Origin: Lama glama
Lineage: Eukaryota
Reading direction: 5' to 3'
Length of the DNA stretch: 64,000 nucleotides
Assembly: GCA_028534125.1 (NCBI GenBank)
Contig: CM052818.1
Location: 34,908,001 to 34,972,000, forward strand
The notes under the pieces are model-generated. The model did not search any database, had not been told where the DNA came from, and saw nothing but the letters and a program-made list of their open reading frames with translations. This document shows, one piece after another, positions 26,150 through 38,908 of this stretch (positions are counted from its first letter, which is position 1; each line of letters starts with the position of its first letter). The position numbers were made by a program, and so were the translations under genes.

Positions 26150-27775
26150 ATAATAGCTTTATTGAGATGTAATTCACATATCATAAAACTCACCATTTTG
26201 AAGTGCATAATTCAGTGGATTTTAGTATATTCACAGAGTTATATAACATCACCATTATGTATTTCCTGAACATTTCATCCCTCCAGAAAGAAACCCCAAA
26301 TCTGTTAGCAGTCACTCCTCATTCTCCCCAATGTCCCCACCCCTAGAAACACCACCAGTCTACTTTCTGTCTCTGTGGACTACCTGTTCCAGATACTTCA
26401 TATGAATGGAATCATGCAACATATACTCTTGTGTCTGTCTTTTACTCGGCAAAATGTTTTCAAGGTTTGTCCATGTTGTATCATGTATCAGTCCTTCATT
26501 CCTTTTTGTTGCCAAATAATATTCCACTCTATGGATATACCATATTTTATTTATTCATTAGTTGATGGTGATTTGGGTTATTTCCACTTTTTGGCTATTA
26601 TGAATAATGCTTCTATGAACAATCATATACAAGTTTTTGTGTGGGCATATGTTTTCAGTTCTCTTGACTATATATCTAGTACTCTTAGGTCATATGGTGA
26701 GTCTATGTTTAACTTTTTGAAGAACTGCCAAACTGTTTCCAAAGTGGCTGTATCATTTATGTTCCCACCAACAATGTATAAAGGTTCTAGTTTCTGTCTG
26801 TCTTCACCAACCTGTATTCTTGTATCTTCTTTAATTATAGTCATCCTAGTGGCTGTGAAGTGGTATGTCATTGTGGTTTTGATTTGCATTTCCATAATGA
26901 CTAACAATGTTGAGCATCTTTTTATGTGCTTATTGGCCATTTGTATATCTTCTTTGGAGAAATGACTATCCAGATCCTTTGAGCATTTTTAAATTGAGTT
27001 ATTTGTCTTTTTATTGTTGATTTGTAAGAGATATTTATATATTCTGGATACAAGTCCTTTATCACATACTTGATTTGCAAATAATTTCTCCCACTTTATA
27101 GGTGGTTGTTTCACTTTCTTTATGATTTCCTTTGAAGCACCAAAGTTTTTAGTTTCAATGAAGTTCTATTCGTCTATGTTTTTCCTCGGTTGCTTGAGAT
27201 TTTTTTTAAATTGAAGTATAGTTGATTTACAGTATTGTGTTAGTTTCTGGTATACAGCATAGTGATTCAGTTATACACATATATTCTTTTAAATTTTTTT
27301 CACTATAAGTTATTACAATGCTTGAGCTTTTGATCTCATATCTAGAGAACTATTGCCTACCCTGAGGACATGAAGATTTATTCCTCTGGTTTTTTTTTCT
27401 ATGTGTTTTATAGTTTTAGCTCTTACATTCAAGTCTATGATTAGTTTTGAGTTATTTTATATATACTACAAGGTAAGAGTCTTTTTTTTTTTTTTTTGCC
27501 TGTGGATATCCAGTTGTTCCTGTACCGTTTGTTGAAGAGACTGTTCATTCCCCCATTGAATGGCCTTGGTACCCTTATAGAGAATCGATTGATTGTAAAT
27601 ATAAGGGTTTATTTCTAGACTCAATTCTATTTCACTGATCCATATGTCTGTCCTTATGTCAGTATCACACAGCCTGAATTACTGTTGTTTTGTGATAAGT
27701 TTTGAGACTTGGAAATGTGAATCCTCTACCTCTGTTCTTTTTAAGATTGTTTTGGCTATTTTGGAATTTTTGTAT
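26150..27775 (-). mobile_element. Old L1M element (ORF2 3' end and 3' UTR), antisense, with a nested younger L1 3' end at about 27199-27318
   Basis: The minus-strand ORF 26668-26940 ([33 protein letters not shown]...) is the L1 ORF2 C-terminal region. The nested piece is flanked by TGCTTGAG at 27191-27198 and 27319-27326. Confidence 0.9.
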
Positions 27776-28166
27776 TTCAAGCCTGCATTTCTAGTCAATT
27801 TTTTGTTTGCTCCTATGAAGGAAAGTCAAAAAGCAGAACCACTAATTAATAGTTTTATATAGTGTGTGAAATCAGTCTATGAGTCTGACAGCTAAAGTAA
27901 GATTGGATTTCCTTTCTTCATTCTAGCCTTCAGTCAGACCTTTTCACTGTGGGGAAAAATTGAAACAAGGAGAGTGAAGGAATATGTGTCTCCTTGTGTT
28001 ACACGAGGTTTGAGTTGTCAGGTTGTATTAGAACAAAGAGAAGAAAATTCCAGACCCCGCAGTCTGCAGGGCCCTGTGACTACCTGGATGATAGTTAATC
28101 CATTATGATGTCATTTTCCTTGTGTGTTTGGAGGAAATCTGTTTTGATGTAGCCTCTTCCCTCCAG

Positions 28167-28275
28167 CAGTAACAGCCAAATGAAGAAGCGGCCAACATCT
28201 GCAGTGGGCTACAAGAGGCCTATCAGCCAGTATGCTCGGGTTGCCATGGCAATGGGGTCCCACCCCAGGTACAGG
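28167..28275 (+). CDS. KIF3C: KIF3C coding exon (probably exon 6), tail domain
   Basis: ctccag|C AGT...AGG|gtaaga; 109 nt; [36 protein letters not shown]. The tandem CAGCAG acceptor makes the start ambiguous by 3 nt. Confidence 0.93.
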
Positions 28276-28448
28276 GTAAGAAGCTCGGAAGTGGATGGAG
28301 GGAGGGGAGAGAGAACCCAGGGGAGGTGATGCTCACAACCTCCACTTCCTCTTCCTGCCTCATCACCCTTGCTACTCCCATTATTTACCAAGTGCCTGGA
28401 AAATGCAGTCATCAGGACCACTGCTCACATTTGGTATTCCCACCACAG

Positions 28449-28621
28449 GCTGAAAACATCATGTTTCTGGAGTTGGATGTGTCCCCTCCAGCTGTCTTTG
28501 AGATGGAATTCTCTCATGACCCAGATCAAGACCCCCGTGCGCTGCATATGGAGAGACTCATGCGGTTGGACAGCTTTCTGGAAAGACCATCCACGTCTAA
28601 AGTCCGAAAGTCCAGATCCTG
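28449..28621 (+). CDS. KIF3C: KIF3C coding exon (probably exon 7)
   Basis: cag|GCT...TG|gtcagt; 173 nt; [57 protein letters not shown](W). Confidence 0.95.
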
Positions 28622-28850
28622 GTCAGTACCATCATGGTCAGAGTGGACTTAGAAGGCGTGGAAACCAGGTGGCTGGTTGAGGCTAAGGAGGGTTTTGGTT
28701 GTACTCAAAGGGCATGAAGGGAGGGTGATAACTGGAGCTGTTGGCCGACATCCTACAGTGACAGGATGAGGGAAAGGAAAGTCCTCACTTTCCTGCTTCC
28801 TGCACTTCCCCAACCTCCCCTCTCACCCATCTCATCCCCACCCGCTACAG

Positions 28851-28944
28851 GTGCCAGAGTCCTCAGCGGCCCCCACCTTCCACCACACACGCCTCGCTGG
28901 CCTCCGCCGCTCTGCACCCCACGACAGTGCTAGACCACGAGTGA
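28851..28944 (+). CDS. KIF3C: KIF3C last coding exon, to the stop codon
   Basis: Pyrimidine tract then ctacag|G TGC...[36 protein letters not shown], matching the recalled KIF3C C-terminus (...DHE). Confidence 0.95.
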
Positions 28945-29022
28945 CAGCCCTCAGCCAGGCTGCCCATCCAGCGACTCCGGGGATGGGGGCAGCCAACCCT
29001 GGACCATCTCGCCTGCCGCTCG

Positions 29023-29064
29023 GTGTGCGTGTGTGTGTGTGTGTGCGTGTGCATGTGTGTGTGC
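29023..29064. repeat. Interrupted (GT)n microsatellite in the KIF3C 3' UTR
   Basis: GTGTGCGTGTGTGTGTGTGTGTGCGTGTGCATGTGTGTGTGC. Confidence 0.9.
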
Positions 29065-31498
29065 ATAGGTGTGAGGAGGGTAGAACCTGGCAGTCCGTGC
29101 CACTGCCAGCCCTTCTTAGCCTCCTTTATTTAATTAATGTTATTTATTCGTGGAGCTGAGTTCGTGTGGGAGAGATGCCCTCGCCTGAGCCTGCCGGGGT
29201 CACCGCCTAGCCTCCTTTTCTCTGACTTTAGACCCCCCTGCCCCAGTCACACCTCGGGCTCCTCCCTGTCACTTGCCCCCCAGAAGGAAGGCGTCCAGTA
29301 CCTGAGAAGAGGGTACTTTTTCTACCTGGCTCTCTCCATAATCTCCATCTCCTCCTATGCTGACGGTGAGTAGCTCCTGAGCACTTTCTGGGACTAGAAA
29401 AATGCCAGGTGACCACTGAGGACAAGAGACGTCTGTCCTGATGGTGTTGAGCTTGTGCTCCCGGCGGAGAGAGCCCTGCTGGCCACCTTCTGGGCCTCAA
29501 ACCTCTTTCGGCTTCTTGGGCTCCTTTTCAAGGACTTCAGTGACCTCATCCACACAGCCCATGCCGTTCAGCTTTGGCAAGAACTCATAGCTTCCCAAAC
29601 TGCTTCCTGCCCACCTTCCCAACTCATGGATGGGAATTGTGAACTGAGCAGTTGCTGCCTCCTGGGGACCTGCAGGAAATGGAACAGTCATGGAGACAAC
29701 ATGGACAGTCATCAAGGGAAGTCCCTCTTCCGGGTCCCTTTGTTTCTGTCCCCTCTGAGAAGTAACTTTGGCCGACCAGCAGTCAGGCCAACTCCCCATC
29801 TTCGAGATGCTGCTCCTTCCTGCTTTTGTCATTTTCCCTGCAGCTGCCAGGATCCCAGTTCAGTGGGAGGGATCAGTGTCATTGTCCCCCTGGCTAAACA
29901 GACATATCGGAATCTGTGGCTCTTCCCATCATTGAGAGCAGGAGATGAAGACCCAGACACAGCCTGCCAACTCTGCCTATCACCCCTGTTTCTGAATCAC
30001 GTTTGTTGGGCACTGTTTTGTTGAAAAGACCGACCCTTTCTTCAGTGTTGTGCAAATTGGTCGCTAGGGAAGTACTCTTCACTTTCCTTTGTGACATCCC
30101 AAGATGTCTCCAGGTATCTCGAGTAAATTTCTACAAAAAAAGGAGAGAGATTTAATTTTCATTGACTTAGTTTTTAAGTGTGTATTTTGATGGAAGGGTG
30201 GAGAGGTAATCATGAACAAAAACAAGTGGTTTAGGATTTCAAAATGCCCTAATAGTGGGAGCCTCCAGTTCCTAGAATACGAGGAGTTTAGGCATAGGGG
30301 TAAAGGCATGAAACTGACAGATCCACCTGGAATTTGGTGTGTGGAGTTGGCGATGGGGTTCAATTACCTGCTTGTTCTCTTTCCATCAGGAAATGAACCC
30401 TTCTTGCACAGTTCAAGTTCTGCTCTAAGGACCAAGCTATGGTTTGGTTTAATTCAATGATGCTGTCGTTTCTGCTGTAACTGCTATGACAACTCAGTTA
30501 CCACTTGCTCCTGTCCTTCAAGGAAAGAACATTTTTCATCAGAGCCCAAGAGATTTTTTGAGACTCAGGATTCAGATCAGAGGTTCAGCTGTGGCTGGGA
30601 CAGGAGTGGTGTGTAGAAGTCGCCCAGGTGGCCTGGGCGCAGAGGGACCTCCGAGCCTGCGTTGAGCAGCCTCTCCCACTGACCTCTTTCTCGTTTGTGG
30701 ATGAAGCTGCACGTGTTACCCCCGTTCATCACTTGGGCACATCGACTCTGCATTTTCTGGTCACGTGACCCTCACAGTCTTATTATAGCACAATATACCC
30801 AACTTCCCCATCCCCAGTCTGAGGGCTGGACCCAAGGTGTGGTCAGAGGAGGAGCTCCTGCCTGCAGTTTTGTGTACGTGTGTATGTGTGTGCGTGTTTG
30901 TGTGTGTGTTTACCTCCACAGGGGACACTCTACACTCAGTGTAAGATATGCTGGGAACAGGGCCACTGGGGTGGCTGGATCTCAGTCTCTCTGTCTCTGT
31001 CTCTCTCTCTTCTTTTCCTTTTGATGTTTCGAACATTTGATTGACAAAGTGAGGGCCTTGGTTAGGACCAAATTTCCATGTCTGTTGCTATGGTCTTTAT
31101 TTAGGACAAAAATTAATAATGCAGTGGCCCATCCTTGTCACTCTAAACACATGACTATACCGGACATATGTAATATATAAATATATATATATAAAACATT
31201 ACCCTCTGTCTCCTTGGCTTAGGATGAGATTCTCTGTTGAGCTGAAGTGCACCTGCGGCCCAGTGCGTCCAGCAGCCCGCAGGCCCCAGCCCTGTTCAAA
31301 TTAACACAGTCGATAATAAAGGAATGAGTATCGTTACAGAATTGGTTGCCTGACTTCTCTTCCCTTTGATTCTTTCTACTTTTCTTTTCTTTTTTTATCT
31401 TCTCCCTTCTCTCTCTTCCTGGTTTTTTCCAAGAGGGGTTCAAGAGTATTTGGAGCCCAGCTGCAGTTATCAGCACCTCGGAAAAGAACTGGCTGCTC

Positions 31499-31504
31499 AA
31501 TAAA
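31499..31504 (+). terminator. Candidate KIF3C polyadenylation signal (distal); a proximal AATAAA lies at 31315-31320
   Basis: AATAAA followed by GT-rich sequence (GTCTGTGTTC at 31561, TGTTTGTGTTCT near 31586). Confidence 0.55.
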
Positions 31505-34500
31505 AGGGATCTCTGTCTGACCAGCAGTGCTGAGGGGCAGGGCTCAGGCTCTGGTCTGAAGTCTGTGTTCAAGCTACAGCAGCACTGTTTGTGTTCTAGG
31601 CTGGTGGTCCCCTCCCAGTTAATTCTGAGCTATTGGCAGATTTCAGAACTGCCTATATGCTGTCCAGATTAGCTGTCAGTATCATTTGACAGCTCTGCCC
31701 CGTCTCCTCCACGTATCAGCCAAGAGAGATTAAAACAGGCAATAATGTGTTTAAAGCACATAGATATGCCTGGCGCATGGTGGGTGCTGAGTGAAAATAA
31801 TTAAAGACTAGCTTCCCCTTACCCTCTCTTCCCAGGCCTCTTTCCCTCCCTCTGGGTTCTAGCTGTCGGCTCCCTGTAGCATGGAGATCTTACAGGAAAT
31901 GAGAAGTAGCTGCTGCTAAAAAACAAACACGAAGCCTCTGACTCCTGGGAAAGCACTGAGGTAAGCCTGGTGCACAAGGGACGGCCGTGCGCCCACTGGG
32001 GCACTAATGGTTTTCCTGCAGGGGTGTTCTGCCTCTGCGCTGGGCTCCAGCACTGAGTTCTAACAGAGTTCCGGGGCTCTGCTGCTGGAGAGGGACTTGC
32101 CAGGTGTTGTGTTGGGTACCTTACACACGCATGGTCATTTAATTCTCCCTGGTGGGAATGATCGTCACTGGTTTACGGATGAGATTTAGGGAAATTAACT
32201 TGGCTAAAGATGTGTGGTTAGCAATGGAACCGGACTTCATATCTTTTGATTCTGGGCCTCATCTGTCTGGCCCATCAGAACTGATAGGGACCCTACGTGT
32301 TTTACAGGCAGTGCAAGCCAGGGTCACAAGGGCAGGTGGTGAGAGTAAAACCAAATCTCCAGATCCATAACCTTGAGGTCCTATTTAAAAAGCACTCACT
32401 CTTCTCATTAGCTGTGGGCTTACTTGTGTGGCTGAGATACAGGGTTCTAGAGTGCTGCAGAACAGCCAGAGGGCAGGAAGTCACCTTTGGCTGGGTGGAA
32501 CAGCTTGCTTGTTGACAAGGCAACTGCCATGTTTCTCTTCTGTCAAGGTTGGGTGTCTGATCTCCACCGAGTGACTTCTTTCTGTTTTCAGATGCCAAGG
32601 GCCTGGGGTGTGTGTTAGTTAGAACTCTTGGCCACTACTAAAGATTCATTTAAGCTGGCCAGAATAAACTAAAGAGACAGAAGCCTGCTGTGGACTCCAA
32701 GGGCAAGGACAGGGCCAGACCTCAGGAACAACCTGGTACCAGGGACTCAAATCCCACAAAGACCCTCTCTATCTGACCGCCCTTCTCCCTTCTGTGTGTG
32801 GGTTCATGCTCTTTCCTCAGCTGCTCCAGTTGGTGACAGAAAGTCCATCTGCCGGCAGCTCTGTTCACATAATCCAGTCACTCAGAGAGACTTAGAATCT
32901 CATTCCCAAGGCCAAATTCATGGCAATGTAATTCCGATTCAGTGGTTTGAGGCAGGTGGGTGGGAACATGATACATGAACAAGACCGCCAGGAGTCCTAC
33001 TGCTGTAACCATGTGTGTACAGGGTGGTGGTGGTAAAAAATAAAGATATTCCTTAAAAAAGTTGATGAGGGTACCAGTGGGTGTGAAATGTGCTTTGAGT
33101 AGTCAACAAAACAGATGTTCCCGTCCAGTGTATCCATCACCCCGGATGGCTTAAGAAAAACTTGCTCTGGGCTCATCCTTTTTTTTTTTTTTCCCCGTGG
33201 CCATTTTTCTTACAACAGATCACCTGCACCAAAATTACCACCCTCAGAGATTCTGCTTCATTAGGTCCAGGATAGATCCATGTGATGGACTCCACAGGTT
33301 GCCTTTCCAATATCCATGCTTCCTTTCTTCCTTACTTGCAAAATTATTTTGTTCAGGAGGGCAGTGCACCCAACTGAAAATACTCATATTCCCAGACTCC
33401 CTTACAGCAATGGGGAGCCATGTGGTATGGTTTTGGCTGAGGAGATGGAAGTGGAAGCCGGCTAGGGTTTCTAGAAATGTTTTTTTTTTTCTTGATATAA
33501 ACATTATCCATTTCACCTCTTCCCATGTCCTCTACCTGCCTAGATTTCAAATGCACTTCCTGAAGTACATTCTTTCATTGAACAAACATTTATTGAGCTC
33601 CTTTTACCCATATATTCCAAGTACCGTTCTAAGTGCTGGCAATACAGCAGTGAACAGAGCAGGCAGAAGTCCCTGTCTTCATAATGCTAACATAGAATGG
33701 GGAGAAAGACATCAAACAACAACAACAACAACTCAAAACTACTGCATGTCTGATGGCCAAGTGTATGCGGCCAAGAAAAACAGAGAAGGGAGATGGGGAG
33801 TTCTAGGTATTGATGGTGGTGGTGATGGAGGTGAGGGAGGGGTGCAGCTTTAAAGCCCTTACTAAGAAGGTGACAGCGAAGCAAATTGCTGAAAGAGGTA
33901 AGGAAGTGGACTCTAGGAGAACAGAAACGAATGCAGACGTCATGGGTGAGAGGTGTCAGGCGTGTTCAAGGAGCAGCAGCCACATGGCAACCGTCAGGCA
34001 ACAAGCACAACAGGGAAAGCGTGACGGAGTGGAGAAAGCGGGAGACCCGAGTCCCTGGCAGGGTATGTGCTGCTGCACTGCTTGGCTCTGTCCACTTCCA
34101 GACTTCTAATGGTGCCGGACAAACCTCCGGGCTTTAAGTCAGTGTTAGGGAGACTTGCCAGGAATCTCCATTTGAAAGGAGCACCTCCAGGTGATTCCAG
34201 TCAACACTCACTCAAGTCTGAGAATCTCGTTGGCAGCCATGTGTGGTTCTGAGTCATGCTCACGGTGGGCCTGCCCTTCCAGCACCAGCACAGGGGCACC
34301 TGCCTGTGTCAACACCAGGGCTGAGCTCCAGGGTGGAGAGGCAGAGGGCACAGAGCCACCTGGGGGCACCTGGGAGCCCCTGGAGCCCTGGTGCGCAACC
34401 ACATGGCCCTTCCTCACCACTGGATAGAGGGACCAGGGGCAGCTACCTCGTTTGGGCTAGAAAACCAAAGTGATTATTTGTTAACATCCAAGGCTTCCAT

Positions 34501-34664
34501 TTTGCAATAAGGAGAAGTAGACCCAGAAAAGGAAAGTGGTTTCCTGAAAGTCACACAAATGGTCAGCAGGCAAGCGGGGCCTGGAAGGCACGAGGGCTTG
34601 TTAGTCAGACGCACTATTTACATTTTTTGTTGTGTTTATTTGTATTTAAATGATTTAAAACTCA

Positions 34665-34750
34665 GAGGGATGGTATAGCTCTGTGACAGAACGCATACTT
34701 AGTATGCAATGGTCTTGGGTTCAATCCCCAGTACCTCCACTGAAAAAAAA
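34665..34750 (+). mobile_element. tRNA-Ala-derived SINE (camelid vic-1-like)
   Basis: GGTATAGCTC...GGGTTCAATCCCCAGTACCTCC plus A tail; TSD GATTTAAAACTCA at 34652-34664 and 34751-34763. Confidence 0.88.
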
Positions 34751-36253
34751 GATTTAAAACTCACAGAATAGTTGCAAGAATCACTAAGAACTTGCATATA
34801 CTCTTAGCCAAGAGACCCCATTCAAGCTTTGCCAGCTGTCCCAGGAATGACCTTTACAGCAAAAGGATCCAATCCAGGATCGTGTGTTGGGTTAGTTGTC
34901 ATGTCTCTTTAGTCTCCTATCTAGAATTCCTCAGTCCACTCGTGACCTTTATGTCACCCTTAACATTCTTTAGTATTATAGGCCAGTTAATTTGTAGACT
35001 GTCCCTTGAGTCAGGTTTGTCTGATGTCTCCCACATCATTCTGCTGCACAGAAGTGACACTGTGATCCTTTCATTGTATCCCATCAGGTGGGACGTGATG
35101 ACATTGCTTTGTCCTATTAGTGGAGGTTTAAACTTTGATCATTTATTAAGGTGGTGTCTGCTGGGGTTCTTTATCCATTTGTAATTAATAAGCATTTTAT
35201 GAGGCAATACTGTGAAACTATGTAAATATCTCACTCCTCTAAATTTCCCCCAAAATATTAACGCCCATTGATAACTTCCTGCTTGAATTAATTATTGCTA
35301 TATGGTTGCCAAATGATGGCTTTTAATTGCATTTTTTCCTTCATTTGTTAGTTGGCACTAGCTTGTTAGAAACTGCTTTCTCTTCTCCTTATCTGTTTTG
35401 TTGGTTTGCTTATTTATATCAATATGGATTCATGGATTCCTATTATACTCAATTGGTTATAATCCATTATTATTATTATTTGTTTTGATAGTCAAATGAT
35501 CCCAGATTTGGTCAGCAGCAGTGCTTTCAAACTGGCTTCTGTGACTTTTTGAAATGTTCCCATTAATTTTTGAGCACTTCCTTATTTTCTGGCGCACAAA
35601 GATGTTCCAGACTTATCACAGGAGTCCTGGTTCCTTTTAGTAGAGAATGGTACACTTATTTCTAAGGGCAGTTGCTATTCCCAGTCTCAATGGACAGAGC
35701 TTGAAAAAATATATGTATGTAGTATGAACATAGTTACACATACGCACACACTTTACAGTTGCATTGATTTCATGTCTACCAATCTAATGATGAGTTCATT
35801 GCCCCAATTTCAACCCAGCATCTAAGGTTCATTCCAGTGTTCCTGTTTTTCATATTTATAACTCCTTTCTGTGACAGTTGAAAACCTGGCTCCCATTAAC
35901 ACCAATATTTTTACTTATTTGCCCAATTCCCTTGTTTGTGGCCGATTTCTTGACCCCTACAGGGCTGCCACCCTGCTCAGCTGTCCACCTCCCGTGAGTG
36001 CCAGGGTCTCCACCAGGCCCTGCGCTGTGCAGCGCTGCCTAGTGACAGAATGACTGAGGAGGCAGGAGGGGAAGGAGAAAACTGGGGGGGCAGGGAGCAC
36101 ATTAACTTGGTAGCAAAAACCCTCTCATACTTTATATCACTCTCTGCCTGCTGCAGCAAATTTAGAAAAGCACAAGAGGAGGAGAAAAGACAGGATATGA
36201 ACTGTCCTACTCTAGGGGTTTACAAATTGAATAGTCAGGGAGAAGTTCTTTCT

Positions 36254-36623
36254 CTTTTTTCTTTAACTGAAGTGTAGTTGATTTACAATGTTAGTTTCAG
36301 GCGTACAGAAAAGCGATTCAGTTCTACATAGATGTATATTGTTTTCAGATTCTTTTCCATTATAGGTTAGTACAAGATATTGAATATAGTCCCCTGTGCT
36401 ATACAGTAGGTCCTTGTTTATCTGTTTTATATGTATTAATATGTATCTGTTAATCCTAAACTCCTAATTTATCCTTCCCCTGCCCTTTCCCTTTGGTAAC
36501 CATTGTTTGTTTTCTATGTCCATGAGTCTATTTCTGATTTGTAAATAAGATTTGTATCACTTTTTTTTAGATTCCACATATAAGTGATATCATATATTTG
36601 TCTGTCTCTGTCTGACTTACTTC
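36254..36623 (-). mobile_element. 5'-truncated L1 3' end (cetartiodactyl type); similar copies at about 48040-48250 and 59030-59190
   Basis: TGAAGTGTAGTTGATTTACAATG...CCCTGTGCTATACAGTAGGTCCTTGTT; TSD GAGAAGTTCTTTCT at 36240-36253 and 36624-36637. Confidence 0.88.
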
Positions 36624-36858
36624 GAGAAGTTCTTTCTGAATGCTAAGAGCAGAAAAACCCAGAGTGCTCACCTTCCTGGCTCACTTTTCACACTTCTGGA
36701 TTCCACCTGGCACTTGACCTCACTGGTGAATTGGCTGTAGAGGCCCCTCTCCTGTATGCCCCTAGGCAAGTCATTCAACTCTCCAGTCATCTAAGTAATG
36801 ACCTTCCCCTCACCACCCTGACCCCAACCAGCAGTTACTCAAGATAAGAGACACTCCA

Positions 36859-37008
36859 AGGAGGGAGGGTATAGCTCAGTGGAAGAGTGTGTGCTTAGCA
36901 CGCACAGGGTCCTGAGCATCAATCCCCAGTACCTCCATGAAAAAATAAATAAAAATAAATAAACCTAATTACCTCCCCCCAAGTCAAAACAAAACAAAAG
37001 AGAGAGAG
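36859..37008 (+). mobile_element. tRNA-Ala-derived SINE (vic-1-like, long form)
   Basis: GGGAGGGTATAGCTCAGTGG...TCAATCCCCAGTACCTCC...AAATAAACCTAATTACCTCCCCCC; TSD AGAGACACTCCA at 36847-36858 and 37009-37020. Confidence 0.9.
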
Positions 37009-38908
37009 AGAGACACTCCAGAATTTATAAAGAATACAGAGTCCTCTAATTGTAATGGGTTATCATAATGGTTGTACCAGGATATCAGATCAATTGCCTG
37101 AATGGAGATAACAAATAATTGGGGCTTAAACAAGTCTGAAACTTTATTACTCCCTCAAATAGTAATATGGGTATAATTGAACCAGGGCTGTTTTGCAGAC
37201 TGATAGGGCTGTTCCATAGGATTAGAGACCCACACACCTTCCACCTCGTTGAGTCAACATCTTTAGAGTGTGGTCCTTGTCCACGTGGCCAAGATACTCA
37301 TCACTACATCTGCATTCCAGTCCCTGGAAAGGGAGAAAAGGAGTAGAGGGTGTCCCCTGCTCCTTAATGGGAAACTGGAAGTTGCATATTCCCATTGGCC
37401 AGAACTTTGTCACACCTACCTTCCAGATGGGGATTTTTGTCTTTATTCTGAGTAGCTAATAATCAGGGGTTTTATTATGGCACAACTCTATGGATTGATC
37501 CTCTTCTTGGTCACAAGGTAACCCCTGTATTCTCTGGGCTCATATAATGACTTCTGCAAAGTCCAGATGTGTCTCAGCCAGGGACAGCAGAGCCAAGATT
37601 TGCAGGACTTGGACCTTATACAATTTCAGGAAAGAAGAAGGAGAGCTCTTACTAAGAAAAGGAAAGAAAATAGTGAAACCAAAATTAGGTTTAGAAGTGA
37701 ATAGGTAGAATGAGAAAATAAATCACAAATTACACAATTTAAAAGCTGACAAATACCACAACATCACAAAATTCAGGAAAATAATATAATATGTTTATTA
37801 TTTCAATACCTGACATACCTCTCTAAAACTTCTTCCCTGCATTTTCTGACTGTGCCATTTTTGGATGCCCCTGAATGTGACAATGATTTTGTGAAATATT
37901 CTAGCCAAAAAAAAGGAAAAATAATCCAGTCTTTCTTTTAAAATGGTTTACTGAAATTTTCTTTAATTGTTAAGAGTTTAGAAACGTTTTTTTCTGCTTC
38001 AGCTCATCGGTAATGACATCTAAATTCTTAGAATTATGGTTAAATTTGGGAAAATGTCTGTAAAGTTTCTTTCATTTATGCATTGTAAGATTTCAGGGCA
38101 TTTCAACTTATTTGTGTGTATGTGTGTGTGTGTGCATTTGTATGCAATAACTAATCTTAGATTCTGTTGAAATAATGCTCATTAACCAGTTTGTTGACAA
38201 TGTCCTAATTGTAATGGCTTATTATTAATTTTTTTATATTGTCTTCATATGTCAGCATTTGTGGGAAGGCAAAAAACCTATACACAGACATATTGGCTCA
38301 TTTAGTAATGCCACAAGAATTCTGATAAATTCTCTTTTGCACAATTTCCATCAAAAGGAGGGAGAAAATGAATTGTGTGTTTATGATTATGTGCCCTGTG
38401 TCACGGACATTTGTGACAGGAGGGAACTTCCATTTTGATCAGGGCTTGATAAGACTCACATTGTCCACTTTTACTGATTTCCATGTCTGATAAATTGGAA
38501 GGATTTTCTCAGACCAGCTTTTGGCTTTGTAGATTTCAGGCCTTGTCTCTCCTTCACTACCCACTGATGTCTGGTGCCAGACACTGTGGGACTGTCTATT
38601 ACCAGTTTGTGGTCTCTGGCCCTGAGCCTTCATATTTTGCCACCAGAGTGGGTGGGTTGGCAGAGTGAGCGATAAGAGTATTCCCTGCAGTCTTTCCTAT
38701 ACTAAGTCAGCTAGCAATATTTATCCATACACTTACTATACATCTAGACTGGGAACCACATCAGTCTATCCCATTAAACCAAGCTAAGTATGTCCCAACT
38801 CAACTTCCCTTTAGCTAGATGCAGCCATGCCTTGAGGGTATGAGGGAAGGAGGAGTGGAAAGAGTGGTCTTAAGTGACTACAGTAAAAATATTTTACTTT
38901 TAGGATTT

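Larger units (their letters stand above)
28945..31525 (+). other. KIF3C: KIF3C 3' UTR (end approximate)
   Basis: Largely free of interspersed repeats after the stop; contains GT repeats and AU-rich patches; AATAAA at 31315-31320 and 31499-31504. Confidence 0.7.

Noticed and set aside
26375..26965. 196-aa hydrophobic ORF
   Set aside because: It is the antisense reading of an L1 ORF2/3' region, a well-known artefact.
29455..30024. 189-aa ORF in the KIF3C 3' UTR
   Set aside because: Non-ATG start, no recognisable homology, and not in frame continuity with the KIF3C stop.
33197..33853. 218-aa ORF
   Set aside because: It runs across MER5, LTR and L2 fragments and simple repeats, starts at GTG and has no protein-like signature.
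36861..36937. tRNA-Ala(AGC)-like sequences as real tRNA genes
   Set aside because: They have A-rich tails, TSDs, a shared non-tRNA 3' part and disrupted stems, so they are SINE copies.
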